This document shows positions 25,306 to 39,669 of a stretch of DNA of 64,000 nucleotides, one piece after another. The stretch spans positions 19,654,001 through 19,718,000 of the forward strand of contig CM022671.1 in the NCBI GenBank assembly GCA_012295275.1, written 5' to 3'. The DNA is from Chrysomallon squamiferum (Eukaryota > Animalia > Mollusca). The position numbers were made by a program, and so were the translations under genes. How positions within the stretch are numbered: the stretch's first letter is position 1; the number at the start of each line of letters is the position of its first letter. The notes below the pieces were generated by a model, which was not told the origin of the DNA, did no database searches, and saw only the letters and a list, made by a program, of their open reading frames with translations.

Positions 25306-27674
25306 ACATGTATTTGTATATCATTTTCATCTGTGAATTGTAAGTATAAAAACTGAAGTATCCATTAATGAATAATCTATTTTTACTAAATATATTTAAT
25401 ACAAATTTTTACTTCATCGTCATCGCAGGAAAAATGTTTCTCCTCAATTTTTCTCCTCTGCCTCTGTGAAAAACCTTGCATATCTTACAGCTTTGTGGGA
25501 AAGATTTTAATTCCCGACTCGGTGTCTTTTCTTAACGACACCTTTTCGGAACATGAAAAGCATCAGTTGTTTTTCGCAGGTGTGTACCATCTTTAGCAGT
25601 CTCTTCAGTACATTTCCAGATATCTGTTAATACCTGTCTTCGATTGCCCTTCTTTTGGTATGTTTCACCATCCGTTATTCAATTAATCAATCAGTCAATT
25701 AGTCACAGTATTTTTGAATGTCCTGTTGACCATTTCATTGGTATTCCGTCAGCTTTAGGTATGGCTAATAAAAAAATAAGTGAACAAAAAATCGGAAAGA
25801 AAATAATTTCTACACAGATAATTGTAAGATGACCTAAACTGCCTCTGTTTCCCCAAATTGTGAAAACAATTTTAAATTTTCTATTCCCACAATACTCAAA
25901 GAAATTTTTAAAATTAAGAAAACTGAATACATTATATCTTAACTGGATATATCATCTCATCGTGCAACAAATATAAAAATGACATGTTAACAATGGAGAA
26001 AACAGCAACTGAAAAAATTGCTGAGGTTTAAATCCATATTTAGCATTGAAAGAGACTATATCTGTTTCCAATACAGTAATATGACGTGTACGTGATGCCA
26101 TTTTATAGATCGTGTAAAAACTAAGATCCGCGCGCACGTATGCATACAGGCAGACATATACAATAAATAAATAAAAAAAAAAAAAAATTAAAATAAATAA
26201 ATGGCATAAAATAAAATAAATTAAACAATGAAAATGAAACAAGATCAGTATATACAATTCGTAGAAAATGCCGTGTGTGCTAACTAAAGAAAATGTGTTT
26301 TTTTCTACTTTCAGTTTTCGAAATTCTGTCGTTGTAACGAGTAAGCAGGCGTTTCATTACCAGAAACAAAAAATACAGGTATATAATTGTATTGGTTTTA
26401 TGCTCATTATTTTAAGTTTTGTTTGTTTTGGATGTTTCATAGTGAACTACTAGAAAAAGTTTCAGAATGCTGTTAAGTTGCAATTAAGAAATATTGGTAT
26501 ACATTAAGTGTCTAGCAAGCACAACTACGCCTTAATTTTGTTAGTTTCCTTATAGCTTTTTTAATGAAATCAATTTAATTTTGAAAATCATGTCCGACAT
26601 AATCATACAGCCTACGTCATTTCTAAAATACTGTAAACGCTTATGTTCTGGATATGCTGTTACATAATGTTTATTTGCACAGGGTATTAGACAGATAAAA
26701 ATTGAGTTAAGAAACAATCCATAATAATTACACTTATTAGTTTTAAAAATCGATACCATAAGCAAATTATTAAATGTAGAAACACACACAGACACAAACG
26801 TGCGCATTCACACAATCACGCACGCACGCACGCACACACATATATCATCCATAATGTATAGTTCAGGAATTACTATGTTTTTCGTAAGTGCCAACTATTT
26901 ATGCGTAGTTTTAATCTTAATTTGTAGTTTTATTTACTTTTTGTTTTGTTTTTTTCTTTTTTGCACGTCTATGCCAGACTGGTGTGTGAAATACATAGCA
27001 TGCTTTTTCAGACCAAATAATAGCATCATTATGTAGATGGTCACTCGTGGAATAAAATTTAATGGTCTCTCGCAGTTATCAAAATAAATTAAACACAAAA
27101 TATGTTTACACACAGAGTAGTACATAAGTAAAATTAAAATGCAGAAAGAGCCTGTAGTAGATATTTGTATATGATTTATTTTCATTTGAATGTGAAATAT
27201 TTTTACGTATAACATCTAAAACGGAGCAGGTTACTTGCTGTGTGTTTCATCAAATATAATATTATGAAGCAAACTATTAACTAAAAGGTAGCTTCTGTAC
27301 GTTTTACAATATCTTGAATGCTAAAGATAAGTTTTATCTTTAACCTTGTTTGTTGGATTTTTTTTTTTTTTTTTTTTTTCGACTTACGTAGTGTAGTGTA
27401 AAAATCGAAACTAAATTTTTCTAGGTAACGATCTGAGTAAATTCAAATAAATATAAAAAAAAATGTAAACTAAAACGACTATTGATTACTCTACGGTAAT
27501 TTTTCAAGACCACTGCATATTAATTATGTGCTCTGTTTTAGTAAATTAATTTAACTTAACTTCAAAAGCATTTTTGTTGCGACATTAAAAACATTAATTA
27601 TAGTAATACATCTTCCTCTTTTATTATAATCGATTCAGTATAATGACTAAAAAATGAAAAAAAAATACGATAAC

Positions 27675-27748
<74 letters not shown>

Positions 27749-28990
27749 AAAAGATAAAATTAAATTAAAAAGACTATTGACTATTCTGAGAAAATTACAT
27801 CATTTTTATTTTAGAATAAAAATATTTGGGAATTTCCCTAACATATTTATTTTGAACTGTTGGATGTTTGTTTTATTTTATTTTATTTTGTTTTGTTTAT
27901 TTTTTTATTTTTTTTTTTTTTTTTTTTATTAATTTAATTATACTTATTTACTTCAAAAAAAAAAATCTGTTTCACACTATTTTCTTTTTCATTTATTTTA
28001 TATTATTTTATTATTATTATTATTTAGATTATTCTATTCAAGTTTAATTTTAATTTTAATTTTAATTTTAATTTTATTTTAACCATTACAAACATCTGTA
28101 TATTTAATTACTTGAATATCCATCTGAAGGTTGGGTACTTATCTAATTAAAAATTAGTCACGATATATAAAAAGTTCAGTTAGTTCAGACATACGATGAA
28201 CTAATGCAACAAAGAAGTTTGGTTTTTGTTTTCTGGGTGTGTTTTTTTTCTTTGTGTTTTTTATTTTATTTATTAGTTTATTTTGGGTGGTCACAGCCTG
28301 TCCTGTGACTACTAATACAAAACACTAACAGTCCATTTTATAGTCCATTCAAATTAGATAAAATGGCATTTAACACCCCGCACCTCTCTCTCTCTCTCTC
28401 AAACACACACACATACACATATTTTAATGTTTCCTTATTTTCTTAGTTTTTGTTTCATTTATTTTGGTGTTGAAATCTTGAAGATATTGTCATTACCAAC
28501 AACAACAAAATCAGCATTATCATAAACAAAGACAATATAATACCAATATTACAACGACAAATACTAATAGTATTAAAAATGATGATGATGATGATGATGA
28601 TGATTTTTTTTTAATTATCCTGTATTTTTAAAAAGTCCGCTGATGTTCTGATAAACATTTTATAATAACTTTTGAAAAAAAAAAAAAAAAAACATAAATA
28701 ATCTTCAATGCCTTTTCATTGCCAGTTATATAACGAAAGTTCCATATTATTTAATGTATTGTGAAAGACGAGACTGTTATTGATAATCAGACATAGATGA
28801 AGATTATTACACGTCAAATTAAAATCACATCCCATCTGAAACAAAAATCGGAAACATTTTTCCTGCGATGGACGATGAAGTAAACATTTGTATCTAAATA
28901 TATGTAGTAACATGTAGATTATTCATTAATGGATACTTCTGTTTTTATACTCACAATTCACACTTAAATACATGATATACATGTACATGT
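25306..28990. repeat. ~130-bp inverted repeat pair (arms ~25306-25440 and ~28851-28990)
   Basis: GAAACATTTTTCCTGCGATG(G)ACGATGAAGTAAA...TAGATTATTCATTAATGGATACTTC.GTTTTTATACT.ACAATTCACA is on + from 28851 and on - from 25440. Confidence 0.85.
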
Positions 28991-30307
28991 GTGTGTATGT
29001 GAGCGTGTGTGTTTGTGTTTGTGTTTGCATACATACGTGCTTACATAAACATAGTATAAATCTTGTGATGTTAAGCTACAGGAGTCGTATGGTTATTAAT
29101 AATAATTTATTACTTTATTCAATTTATATTTTGTTTACGTGTATATGAGTTTCCATGTTTAATATTAAACGTACATTAATGTTTGTTTGTACCGTACATA
29201 GATATTAAAGGAAATATTTGATATTAAAAATACATTAGTGAGCTATTCTAGTTATGAACATCAGGTTTCGTATTCTGGTATGTACGAGTTCATGTGAAAA
29301 AAATAAAATGTGTACTTGATGTGTTGCCAGCAAATTGTCTGAATGCTTTCTACATACTTCCAAATAATTTGTTTCATTTATCATTCATGCCAACTTTTAC
29401 TAACAGTATGTGATTACAAAAATAAAACTAGTCCACTATAATTACGAAATGTGCAAATATATTTTATATTTTATTAATTAATTAATTTTATTATTTATTT
29501 ATTTATCAGCAATAGCAGCAGCGGCATTATCAGTATCACCATTGTTATCATCATTATTTGTACTTTCTTCAAGTTACACATAGAATTTGAAAAAAAATAA
29601 TAAATTAATAAAAACTGTTTAATGATTTAATAAGTTAAGCAAGCAAAGTGAAAATGATTTTAGATCAAAACATTTTTATTTTTAATTTACTCAAAACTCG
29701 CTACAAAAAAAACAAGGAAAATTTTGCTTTTTATCAGTCATTTTGCGGAAGGGTGGGTATACTTTCTTTGTTATTTATTTTAATTAGCCAGTATTACTCT
29801 ACCCAGTAATATATACAGCTATTTAATTAGCCATATAAAACGATTGAGGCTGAGTCATAGTTTAATTTATATTTACACTCATAATGTCACATTTATTCAA
29901 TACGATAACGATATATTAATAAATATTTAACGTCGGATTTTAAAATGTGAGTACAAGTTCTTAAAATATATTTTCCCACATAGTTCATATACACACATAT
30001 ATGCAAATAAACACACAATGAATATTTAATCAGAATACTGTTATTAATAAATGTATTTTCTAATGACAGAGATAATCATCTATATGTTAAAACGACATTT
30101 GTTTCTGCCATCTGTTCAGTGAAGAGAGAAAGACTATGAAGATGAAGTGAAAGATCATTAAACAGGTGACCAGTTCTTTATTTTATTTTGCAGTAATGTC
30201 TATAGTACAGACAGGTTACATATGTTTCAGTTAGAATACGTTTTGAAAGTTTTATTCAGCGCTGTTCAATCCGAGTATAATATTATAAGCTTGTGTCGGT
30301 TTTTGCA

Positions 30308-30376
30308 CTGACACCTAATAGCCGGTATGTTTTTTTGTATTGGGATGTCGTTAAATATTTACTCAAACAAACAAAA
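30308..30376 (+). mobile_element. SINE 3' tail remnant
   Basis: CTGACACCTAATAGCCG...TGGGATGTCGTTAAA followed by (CAAA)n resembles the ...AATAGCCG...GTGTCGTTAAA-(simple repeat) tails of lophotrochozoan SINEs. This is recalled, not searched. Confidence 0.45.
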
Positions 30377-30704
30377 AGTAAAAATAGTTAAGTAACAAAG
30401 TTTATTTGCTATTTTTTAAATGAAAACCGTCTTCAAAATGTTCTTTTTAAAATCTAAACCAGCAATTAAACATTTAATTTAACAAGTAATGTATCGAAGT
30501 AAAAGTAGTTCCGTCCCAAAAATCTATATTTTGGTCTATATTCTATAGAATAGAAATTTATCTAGATATATATCTTGCGACTACTTGCAGTCATTGCAAA
30601 ATAAACATGCATATTGCAACAACGATGGAATTAAAATGAATTATTCAAAAATTATGTCCACAATGAAAGATAATAATAATAATAATAACAATAACAATAA
30701 CAAC

Positions 30705-30735
<31 letters not shown>

Positions 30736-31846
30736 GCTAAGAAAACGCAACTAAGATATAATGTATTTAGTATGTATTGCGACAAAAAAAAACGATACAT
30801 TTTCTGATCTGTTAACTAATGCTATAGTCGTAATTTTATCACTGTAATATGACATGGGCTTTTAGAACTAATGAAACAACAATTAAATAGTTTTCATATT
30901 CAGCCTTGTAATAGCCTTTTGTTTCAACTAATTTCACCAGGGGTTGTAACTCTTCAGACACAAAACCATTTAGGAGTTATTTCATTTTTAGCGATATTTC
31001 TTCTGACAATTTTTTTTTTTTTTTTTTTTAACTAATCCTTTACGTACATCTAAGTTAATGTTCAAGAATTTTTCTATCTGATCCAGTTAAGACAGAGATG
31101 ATTTTTTTTTTTTTTTATAATTATATTAATTCAGAATTGTTTGCAAAACTGCAAATGTAATACTGGGGATTCCCATAACCTTTGTACATGGTTTCCCACA
31201 ACCTTTGTATTTAGGTTTTCAAGGTGGTAAGCTAAATGTTTCTTTTAACTTTCTTACTCTTTAAAATAATAAAACTGTAACAGATTTGGATGTCTATCTT
31301 TTCCAGAACATTAAGGTTAAGACACATGTAACTACTTTAAAAATAATACACAAAACTGTAGTGACCTTCTATAACTGGGAGCATTATGCAACCAGTAAAG
31401 CTGAGTGGAAACATTTAATATGCAGGATAAAACAAAAACAAATGTAACCTTTTTTTCTTTCTTTTTTCTTTTACAGATTTTGTTGTTGTTGATATATTTA
31501 TTGTAGTTAATTAGTTAGTTACTATAATATTTTTAAAAATGCACAATATTTTAATTATTTTTAAAATGAGTGAAACTTTTGTAGTTAATTATAGTGAAAG
31601 ATGATAGTGTATACTTGAACACACCACATTTTATGCAGGCCTACGTACTCTAAATGATAGCATAACTAAAGAACCAATAATATCGTAAATAATGTTTACA
31701 CAGTATTAAAGCTAATAATATGGGCTGTTCAGTACAGATTCTAATGAAAATAGTTTTAAACTATTTTATTATTATTATTATTGTTTTCAAAATGATAATG
31801 CTAACCGTTAATGTGCATCTATGGTGATACGACGAAATACTTAAAT

Positions 31847-32345
31847 CAGTGCTGCCCAACCTTTTCCGAACATGGGCCGGATTTAAGAAAAAACGATGCC
31901 AGTGGGCCGGACTCACATTTCTAGCCTTTCATTTTTTAATACAACTACTTGAAATGGTTTGAAAAAGTATTCAGAACTGAAAACATTGATTCTATTATTT
32001 TATTTATAGAAATTATCCATTATACAATTATAATTCATAATTCAATTTAAACATAGGGGTCCTACATATGATACTATTTCTATTACTTCTTTACTGCTAT
32101 CAAAAAATTATAGTCTTCAGATATTACATGAATACGAAATGACCATTAAAAATTTTGATTTAGAACCTTACATTTTATAAAACAAATTTAACAATTGATC
32201 AAGATTTTAAAAAAAACATTTGTTCAAATAAATGGCTTTGTATTTCAATAATAAAACAATTTTATTGAATAATTAAGGAATAAATAGAAGACCGACTAGC
32301 GGACCGGATTCTAAGGCTTCATGGGCCGGACGTTGGGCAGCACTG
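31847..32345. mobile_element. hAT-type MITE, about 500 bp
   Basis: Perfect 14-bp TIRs CAGTGCTGCCCAAC and GTTGGGCAGCACTG, subterminal GGGCCGGA repeats at both ends, and degenerate 8-bp flanks ACTTAAAT and CTCTAAAT. Confidence 0.85.
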
Positions 32346-32393
32346 CTCTAAATATATTCATACTTCCCAGCTAAGTTTTATTTCCAGTGCAAT

Positions 32394-32397
<4 letters not shown>

Positions 32398-32458
<61 letters not shown>
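32398..32458. repeat. (TA)n microsatellite
   Basis: Visible directly in the sequence. Confidence 0.95.
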
Positions 32459-32461
<3 letters not shown>

Positions 32462-32853
32462 GATGATGATAATAATAATAAATATATATATATATTTAAT
32501 TAAATTTATTATCAAAGAGGTATAATAAATTTTACGAGCCTAAAGAATTAATTTTTATTAGGCCATTTATTGTTCCAAATACACTTTAAGCCATCAAACA
32601 CAAGTTTATCTCTAAAGTTTAATTATTTCCATTACACCACCCTATCAATGAATAGAAATTAAGTAATCAATTAATAACAACAACAACAGCAACAGCTATA
32701 ACATAGTAATGACATTTAACTTTCAGTATGAAATATTTCTTGAGGAAAAAAAAAATTTCAGTTTCTTCTTCCTTCTGATTGCGCCATTTTGTATGAGACG
32801 AATAATATTCAAGGAATATAACAAGTAAGATACACCATAACTAATACTTTCCT

Positions 32854-32884
<31 letters not shown>

Positions 32885-33245
32885 CTGAACATCCAACATA
32901 TTTTTTTTAAAGACATAAATATAATATTTATATTTTGTTTCCAATTCTTTGTGAAATTTTTGTGAAAGGATAAAAAAAAATATGCAAATGTTTTTCTTAT
33001 TATTCTTAATTACACTTCTCTATCCAACGAAATGATTACGTCTGTGTTCGAAAACTCCTAAGACGCACACTGCTGCAACATTATTCTTTTTGTATAACGT
33101 AATATCATGTCATCTAACCGAGCACGTTACGTTATTAAATTAACATAAATTATGCACACTCGTGGAATTATACAGCTGCTGTACTGCTGTTCATATTTTG
33201 CGCTCATATCCACGTAATTAATTTGACTTGTTCAAAAAAGATATA

Positions 33246-33893
33246 GGGTAAGGTGGGGGTAATTCTTGACCCCTTTTCCATTCAGCCTCACCTACAGCTT
33301 CACAGACAAAAGGAAACAATAAAATGGAGTGAATAATGTGTAGTATATCTATCTGTGCTTCAGTATATACAAATACTATATGCACAGAGCATATACTTTT
33401 GAAATGGGAAACCACGTTAAAAATTGATTTCAGGGGCCAGATTTGCCCCGATGATTTTCGCCACCTGGCCCCCACATGCATGATGTATTTTGACCCTCAA
33501 ATTTGTACTGACTATTGATTTCACCACCACATATTGCCCCAACTGGTGGATTAAAATAAAACACACACTCCTTGCCTTATTACAACATATTAATCAGGTT
33601 TCTTCTGCTGAACTTAATAACTGATTTTATGTTTACCTGTTATAAGTTATCACTAACCTTATGTCTATAAAACTAAAGATTTAACACTCACTTTTGAAAC
33701 CTCAAAATGCACCTCTTTTTTTTACAGTCTTGTTGTTTTCACTACTTTCATGCCCACTATACTCCACGTGTAAATGGCTGTATACCTACATCCTTTGTTC
33801 TGATGAGATATGAAGGTTCTGTTTATGTCAACAAAGTTCCAGAAGCCTGGACAAAGCAGTATAGTGGCTGTAAATTATTACCCCACCTTACCC
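33246..33893. mobile_element. Tc1/mariner-superfamily (pogo-like) MITE, about 650 bp
   Basis: TA|GGGTAAGGTGGGGGTAAT at the left end and ATTACCCCACCTTACCC|TA at the right end. TA target duplication. Internal TTGCCCC repeats. Confidence 0.85.
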
Positions 33894-35918
33894 TACACTG
33901 TGTAATTATGGTTACTAAGATCAGCTGTTATAGTTAATATGACGTGGTGTTACAGTTAACAAGATGTGCTATGTTCGTGTGACACGCTATTATAATGAAC
34001 ATAACGTGCTATAAAAATTAACATGACGCGCTATTATAATTAATGTAACGTACCATTTAATATGACCTGTTTTTAAAGTTATTAAATTTTATGAGTAACA
34101 GTAGCAGGAGTAGCAGATATATAGTACTATAGTAACAATAATAACTTACCTATTACAGTATAATCCATTTGTTTGTAATAACTGCTCACGCGTTTGTTTG
34201 CTGTTCATAAATATAACTTCTCGATGAAACCGGGGTTTTCCCCAAATTACTCAGAATGAGACTGGAACTTACGTGGATTCAAAAATAATCAAAATGGACT
34301 GCAAAATGGAATGCGACTGTGATAATAAACATATTAGTGCAGTTGAAGTGACTATACCGTGATATTTGCCTATTTCTGGTGTTTTCCCATTCATTAAAAA
34401 TGGACAAAAATGTTCAGCTGCGGGTAAGATTACCACTAATAAAATCTCCATCGTTAAACTTAAAGGGGGTGTTGTTGTAAATATTCCTGATGACTTTCAT
34501 AAGTAAAATTGACCTTAAAACTGTTTGATCCCAAGGTTTCAGAAATTTACCTTTACATTGCAGATTAAACATGGAAATGATAGAACATTGTTTTGCTGAA
34601 CTTAATGTTTGTGTGGTGTTGATCACTTGTTGTTTGCGTTTTAGTCAACCAGGAATAAAATAAAATTTGTTTTTATAATTCTCAATTTTACGGAACTTCT
34701 AAAATATTTGTTTGTTCGGGTACCACCATTTATTCTGTTATTTATAAATTTACACACATACACATAAACACGCACATGCACACACACACACACACACACA
34801 GACACACACACACTATTATATGTATTTGCTAATATACAATAATTAAAATCAATAATAAAATATCAATGTTCTATTCACACACACACAGCCACATATACAC
34901 ACCATATATGTGTGTGTGTGTGTGTGTATATATAAAAATAAAAATAAAAATAATGATAAAAGAATATTTACAAAAAAAAATCGTTACGTAATAAAATTAA
35001 AAAATTCAAAAATGCGTATTGTATACAGAATATTTCTACTTGCTAATTTCAGACTGAAACCATCAACTGTATGTATACACAGTCATACATACACACCTTT
35101 ATATATATTTCCTTTGAAGGCCCCTTTGAACCCTATATTGGGATTCCTAGGTCAAACCTTTACGTTACGATTTTATACCTTTTGTTACGGCGATGCAAGT
35201 CTACTCAGGAACAGAACCCCTTTAGCGTCTTTGCCCCAGTTTTATGATAAAAGTTAATTTTTAGATATTAACTTTTATATCATTTTTATTTCTGATTTAT
35301 TTACCCTTAATTTGGAAATTTTAAAGTTTCTTCGAAATAACAAGGTAAGAATTAATGTTTTGGATAATCTAAGTTTCTTTGTTCTTTAATTACAAACTGG
35401 CTTTCGCATGTTATATACACACATGCTCACGTGTATGTGTGTGTCTGTGTGTGGGTGTGGGTGTGGGTGTGTATTAAACTCTGTTAGTTGGTGTGGAATA
35501 TATTTTAATTTTGATATTATGTTATGTAAAATATTGATACATAATTTAAATATATAACATATATAAAAGGCTATTTTTTTATATTATTATGTTTTTATTT
35601 CATTTTATTTTCTGATTTTCATTACAAAACAGGTTATGTGTTGGGATGAGGTAAAGAAATATTATTCATTCATTATATTTATTTATTAATTCATTTAATA
35701 TTTGAGTTCATTTTATATTACAGATACATTACGCGTGCTGTTTTTTGAGTTATAAATGCTTGTTTCTTTTCAACATTGAAAGAAAAGTCGGTTTTTACAA
35801 CGTATCGTTGAATGAAGAAGGTAACATAAAAATGCTGAATTGATTTATTATTATAAATCTTTTTTAACTAGTAACTTTATATTTTACTTTTTTATTATTA
35901 TTTTTTATTTTTATTTGA

Positions 35919-35972
<54 letters not shown>

Positions 35973-36699
35973 CTTCTTTGCTGGTTATTATTCTATGTTT
36001 GATTCTTAAATAAAATAGATAAATGACACAAAACAAGCCTCTAACACGTAAATGCATGTAGTTACATGGTAGTCGTTTCAGGGAGCGTTCTCAAATATAT
36101 TTTATATATTTTTTTTATTAATATTTTGTAGATCCGACCTAAATGTACTAACAGGAAGTTAGTATAAATAGATAGCCACGTGGCGAAAATTCAGGTAAGT
36201 GTTCCACTATCAAACACCCGGAAGATATAATTATCAAAAAAAAAAAAATAATAATAATAAAAGACTATTTAAAAATAAAAATAAAAACAAAACAAAACAA
36301 CGGCATATTGTATCCAAAATATTAGTACTTGTTAATTTCGGGACTGAAACCATTTCGAAACTAATGAATAAATGTTGTTGATTTCGCTCATCTACTACCC
36401 TTATCAAAGTCAAATACAAGGGATAACACATCCAAAACTCTCGATCTTTGTAACACATGCCTTTCAACGTGAAACTTTCTGCACTATAATAAAGATATCA
36501 CCATAACAGTGGATCCGCTCCTGTTATAATAATAATATAAATAATATTGGGCAAAAATTTATTTTCCATTAAATCTCACCATTTTCTTTTTCTCTTTCTG
36601 CAACGCATTAAATTACCGAATTGAGGGGGATTACAATAAGTGGTTGTTGATACACACACACAAACAATAAAAAAAAAAAAAATAAATAAATAAAATAAA

Positions 36700-36742
<43 letters not shown>

Positions 36743-38343
36743 ACAACCACATTACAGTACGTATTGTTTGGGGAACCCTTAGTTTAAAGGAGGAGAGGAG
36801 TAGATCTGCACCAAATATTCCACGTATTATAAACACAAATACTAATTTCTTTTTGCTGTGCCTACATTTTCTCCACTTTGTAGCCCGAATTTTGGAGGGC
36901 AGTTGTTCCCGGCGAGGTTATTGCTAATTTAATTCAAATATAAATATGTTGTTTTGGGGTTTTTTAAAAATGTTGTTCCAGTAAACATTGTGAAAATGAA
37001 TCAATAAGATAATTTAGAAGAAATGTGAAAATCATTAACGTCTTAAAGTAATATATTTTAAAAACATTAATTGGGATCAAACTAAATTTTATTTTCTTAA
37101 GTAGAAGTGGGGTGTACATCGGCCAATTCTTTCAGTATAAGTTTCCTTCTATTACATTATGTAAGTAATGTTCTCCCAGTCCATGGTTATCAGCAAACAA
37201 CGACCAAGGTTTGTATTTTATAAATACTACCATATTGTCACAATATAAACTGTCGGATATATGTTTACTGGTGATTATCTCAAAGAGGAAACCCGGTAAT
37301 ATGCATTTTCTGGTATTTACAAAAGCACATCTTCAGTTTATTTTTCTACCATAAAAAGGGAAAATATCTTCATTTCTTTCCTCACTGGATCAAAAATACG
37401 AATAATAAATTAACAAAACAAAAAAATCAGTTTGCATATCTTTATTTATAATATGTTCATACACACAAATACACACCCACCCACACACAAACATTTACAC
37501 ACGCGTCACATATTGCATGTAATACATAAGCAGTACATAATCACATGCCCACACATAAACGATCAGTTCCCATTCTTGACATAAGGAACAAATTTGAAAA
37601 AAAAAAAAAAAAAAAAACCTTAATAAAAGATTTGTTACATCATCATCGTTATTGTAATTATCTGGTTATTATCATCATCAACATCAACAAGAAAAAGTTA
37701 CTTCTCTCATCCATGAAAAGAAAGTTACATAAAAATATAATACCACATACGTTGAGCTACCTTATTTAAGGAAGTAAATTCTTTATTATTTACACTTATA
37801 AATGTTTGTATAGATAAAATCAAAGATAGTTACAGATAAGAGGACGGTGGAATAAACTGTTTTTGTTTTCGTAAAAAGATGTTCTACTGCCTATAGGGAA
37901 AGAAAAAATATGGATTACAAATACTAACTGCAGAGATTATGTATGTACATATATGTGTCAAGTATATGGATATATGAGAGCCCTATAACTGCATGTTTCT
38001 ACATGAGCGAGTAACATGTTTTGCACATATATGTATTTCATGTAAATAACTACGTATGTGTCTGTATTTGTGTATATGTAGACAGATCTTGACCTATTTA
38101 TATTTCTTTATTGAGTAGTACTTTTCATTTAAACTTACATCTTCATCTCACACATTCTTTATAGTAACTAGACTGTATGTCGTTATATATTTCAGTTTTA
38201 TTTCATAAACCACAGACATTTCCTTTCAGCTCATCCCTTACCACTCCCGAAATAATGACCTCATTAGCATTATTCAGATTAAACATGAGCACTTTTTGAA
38301 CCTCTATGTTGTTAAAATAGCGAATGTTGAACTACTTATGTAT

Positions 38344-38352
<9 letters not shown>

Positions 38353-38415
<63 letters not shown>
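38353..38415. repeat. (CT)n microsatellite
   Basis: Visible directly in the sequence. Confidence 0.95.
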
Positions 38416-38418
<3 letters not shown>

Positions 38419-38621
38419 TTGTCATCTGAAATTTTCGACAAGGATATTAACGTGCTTCCTTGTACCACTGACGTGTGTATCAGTCGTCTTCCTTGTAAGT
38501 AAATACCAGACATTTCTTTTTTCTTCTTATTATTTTATATAATATTAACACGTTAAATTAAACCTTAAAGCAGTTTAATCTTACGTTTTAGTTCAAAATA
38601 TAATTATAATTTGTTTGTTAA

Positions 38622-38663
<42 letters not shown>

Positions 38664-38994
38664 TAAATTGTTAAAATTACTGTAATATATTAATACTTTC
38701 TCGGTCAGTAACTTCATTTTTCAATTCTCCAGGCCAAACGATTTACTAATGATGACACCAAATTCATAAATTTCATTAGATTATGAATTGTGTCTTCGGT
38801 AATCATCGGTTATTTTCGTTTACACCATACAAAGAGTTCGTCGGGAAAAAGCACGTTTGTTACACGACCAAGAAATACAATTTTTATTATGTAGCAAATT
38901 TGAATGCAAACTGTGGTGTATATGGTTAAATTCTTAACTGTTTATGTTTAGATATTTCTCACTTTCAAGAAATTTGCATGGTGTTTAAGTTGTT

Positions 38995-39130
38995 TTTTGT
39001 CTGAGGGGGAGGGACGAGGAAAGTTCCGATCGTTCCGCAAATTGACTTTTTTTATTATTATTTATTTTTAAATAATAAATAAAAATTACGACAGAAATAT
39101 AGCCATTTTGTGTGCGGGAATAACGTAATA
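38995..39130 (+). promoter_or_regulatory. Candidate promoter and first non-coding exon of the TBK1/IKK-epsilon gene
   Basis: Local GC/CpG enrichment, Sp-like GGGGGAGGG, kappaB-like GGAAAGTTCC at 39018-39027, YY1-like GCCATTTT at 39102-39109, and a possible donor GTAATA near 39125. An acceptor at 39864 may open the ATG-containing exon; TAG at 40090-40092 is an alternative. Confidence 0.45.
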
Positions 39131-39610
39131 ATGTTGCTTGTATTTTATAATATATCTAAAAATAAAACGAAAAACAATTTTCTAAAACTAACAACGAATT
39201 ACGTTTATTTTAATAATGTAACTAATTCTTCATGTTTAAAAAACAACTAGTCATTTTAAATAATTATAATAAAAACTAGAAATAAAATTAACAGAGGGTA
39301 TGCCACCACACACACCATAATTATTTTGATTTTAGTTTAGAAAGCCCACGTGTTAATATTATTCATAATTCAGGTGTGTAAAATTTCTGTACATAACAAC
39401 AGTAATGCACATATACATGGGTGTGTTTTTTGTTTGTGTGTATCATTGTTTTGTTTGTTAAACATCAGTTCATGGTAACTACTAACTTGTTCATGATTAT
39501 TCATCATGTGATTCACAAAACAAAATTTAAACATTTAGAACAGAAAATGAAATGTTCATGTATTTTGTTGACATTTCTGTTATTTTTGTTTTGTTGATTT
39601 TTGGGAGTTT

Positions 39611-39669
<59 letters not shown>

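Noticed and set aside
25952-26102. 49-aa minus-strand ORF MASRTRHITV... with a good Kozak context
   Set aside because: AAAATGGC doubles as a YY1 motif. No homology recognised and no clear splice partner.
36500-36920. MITE-like fragments (GGATCCGCTCCTG, GGGCAAAA, GCCCGAATT)
   Set aside because: No matching pair of termini or TSD could be defined.
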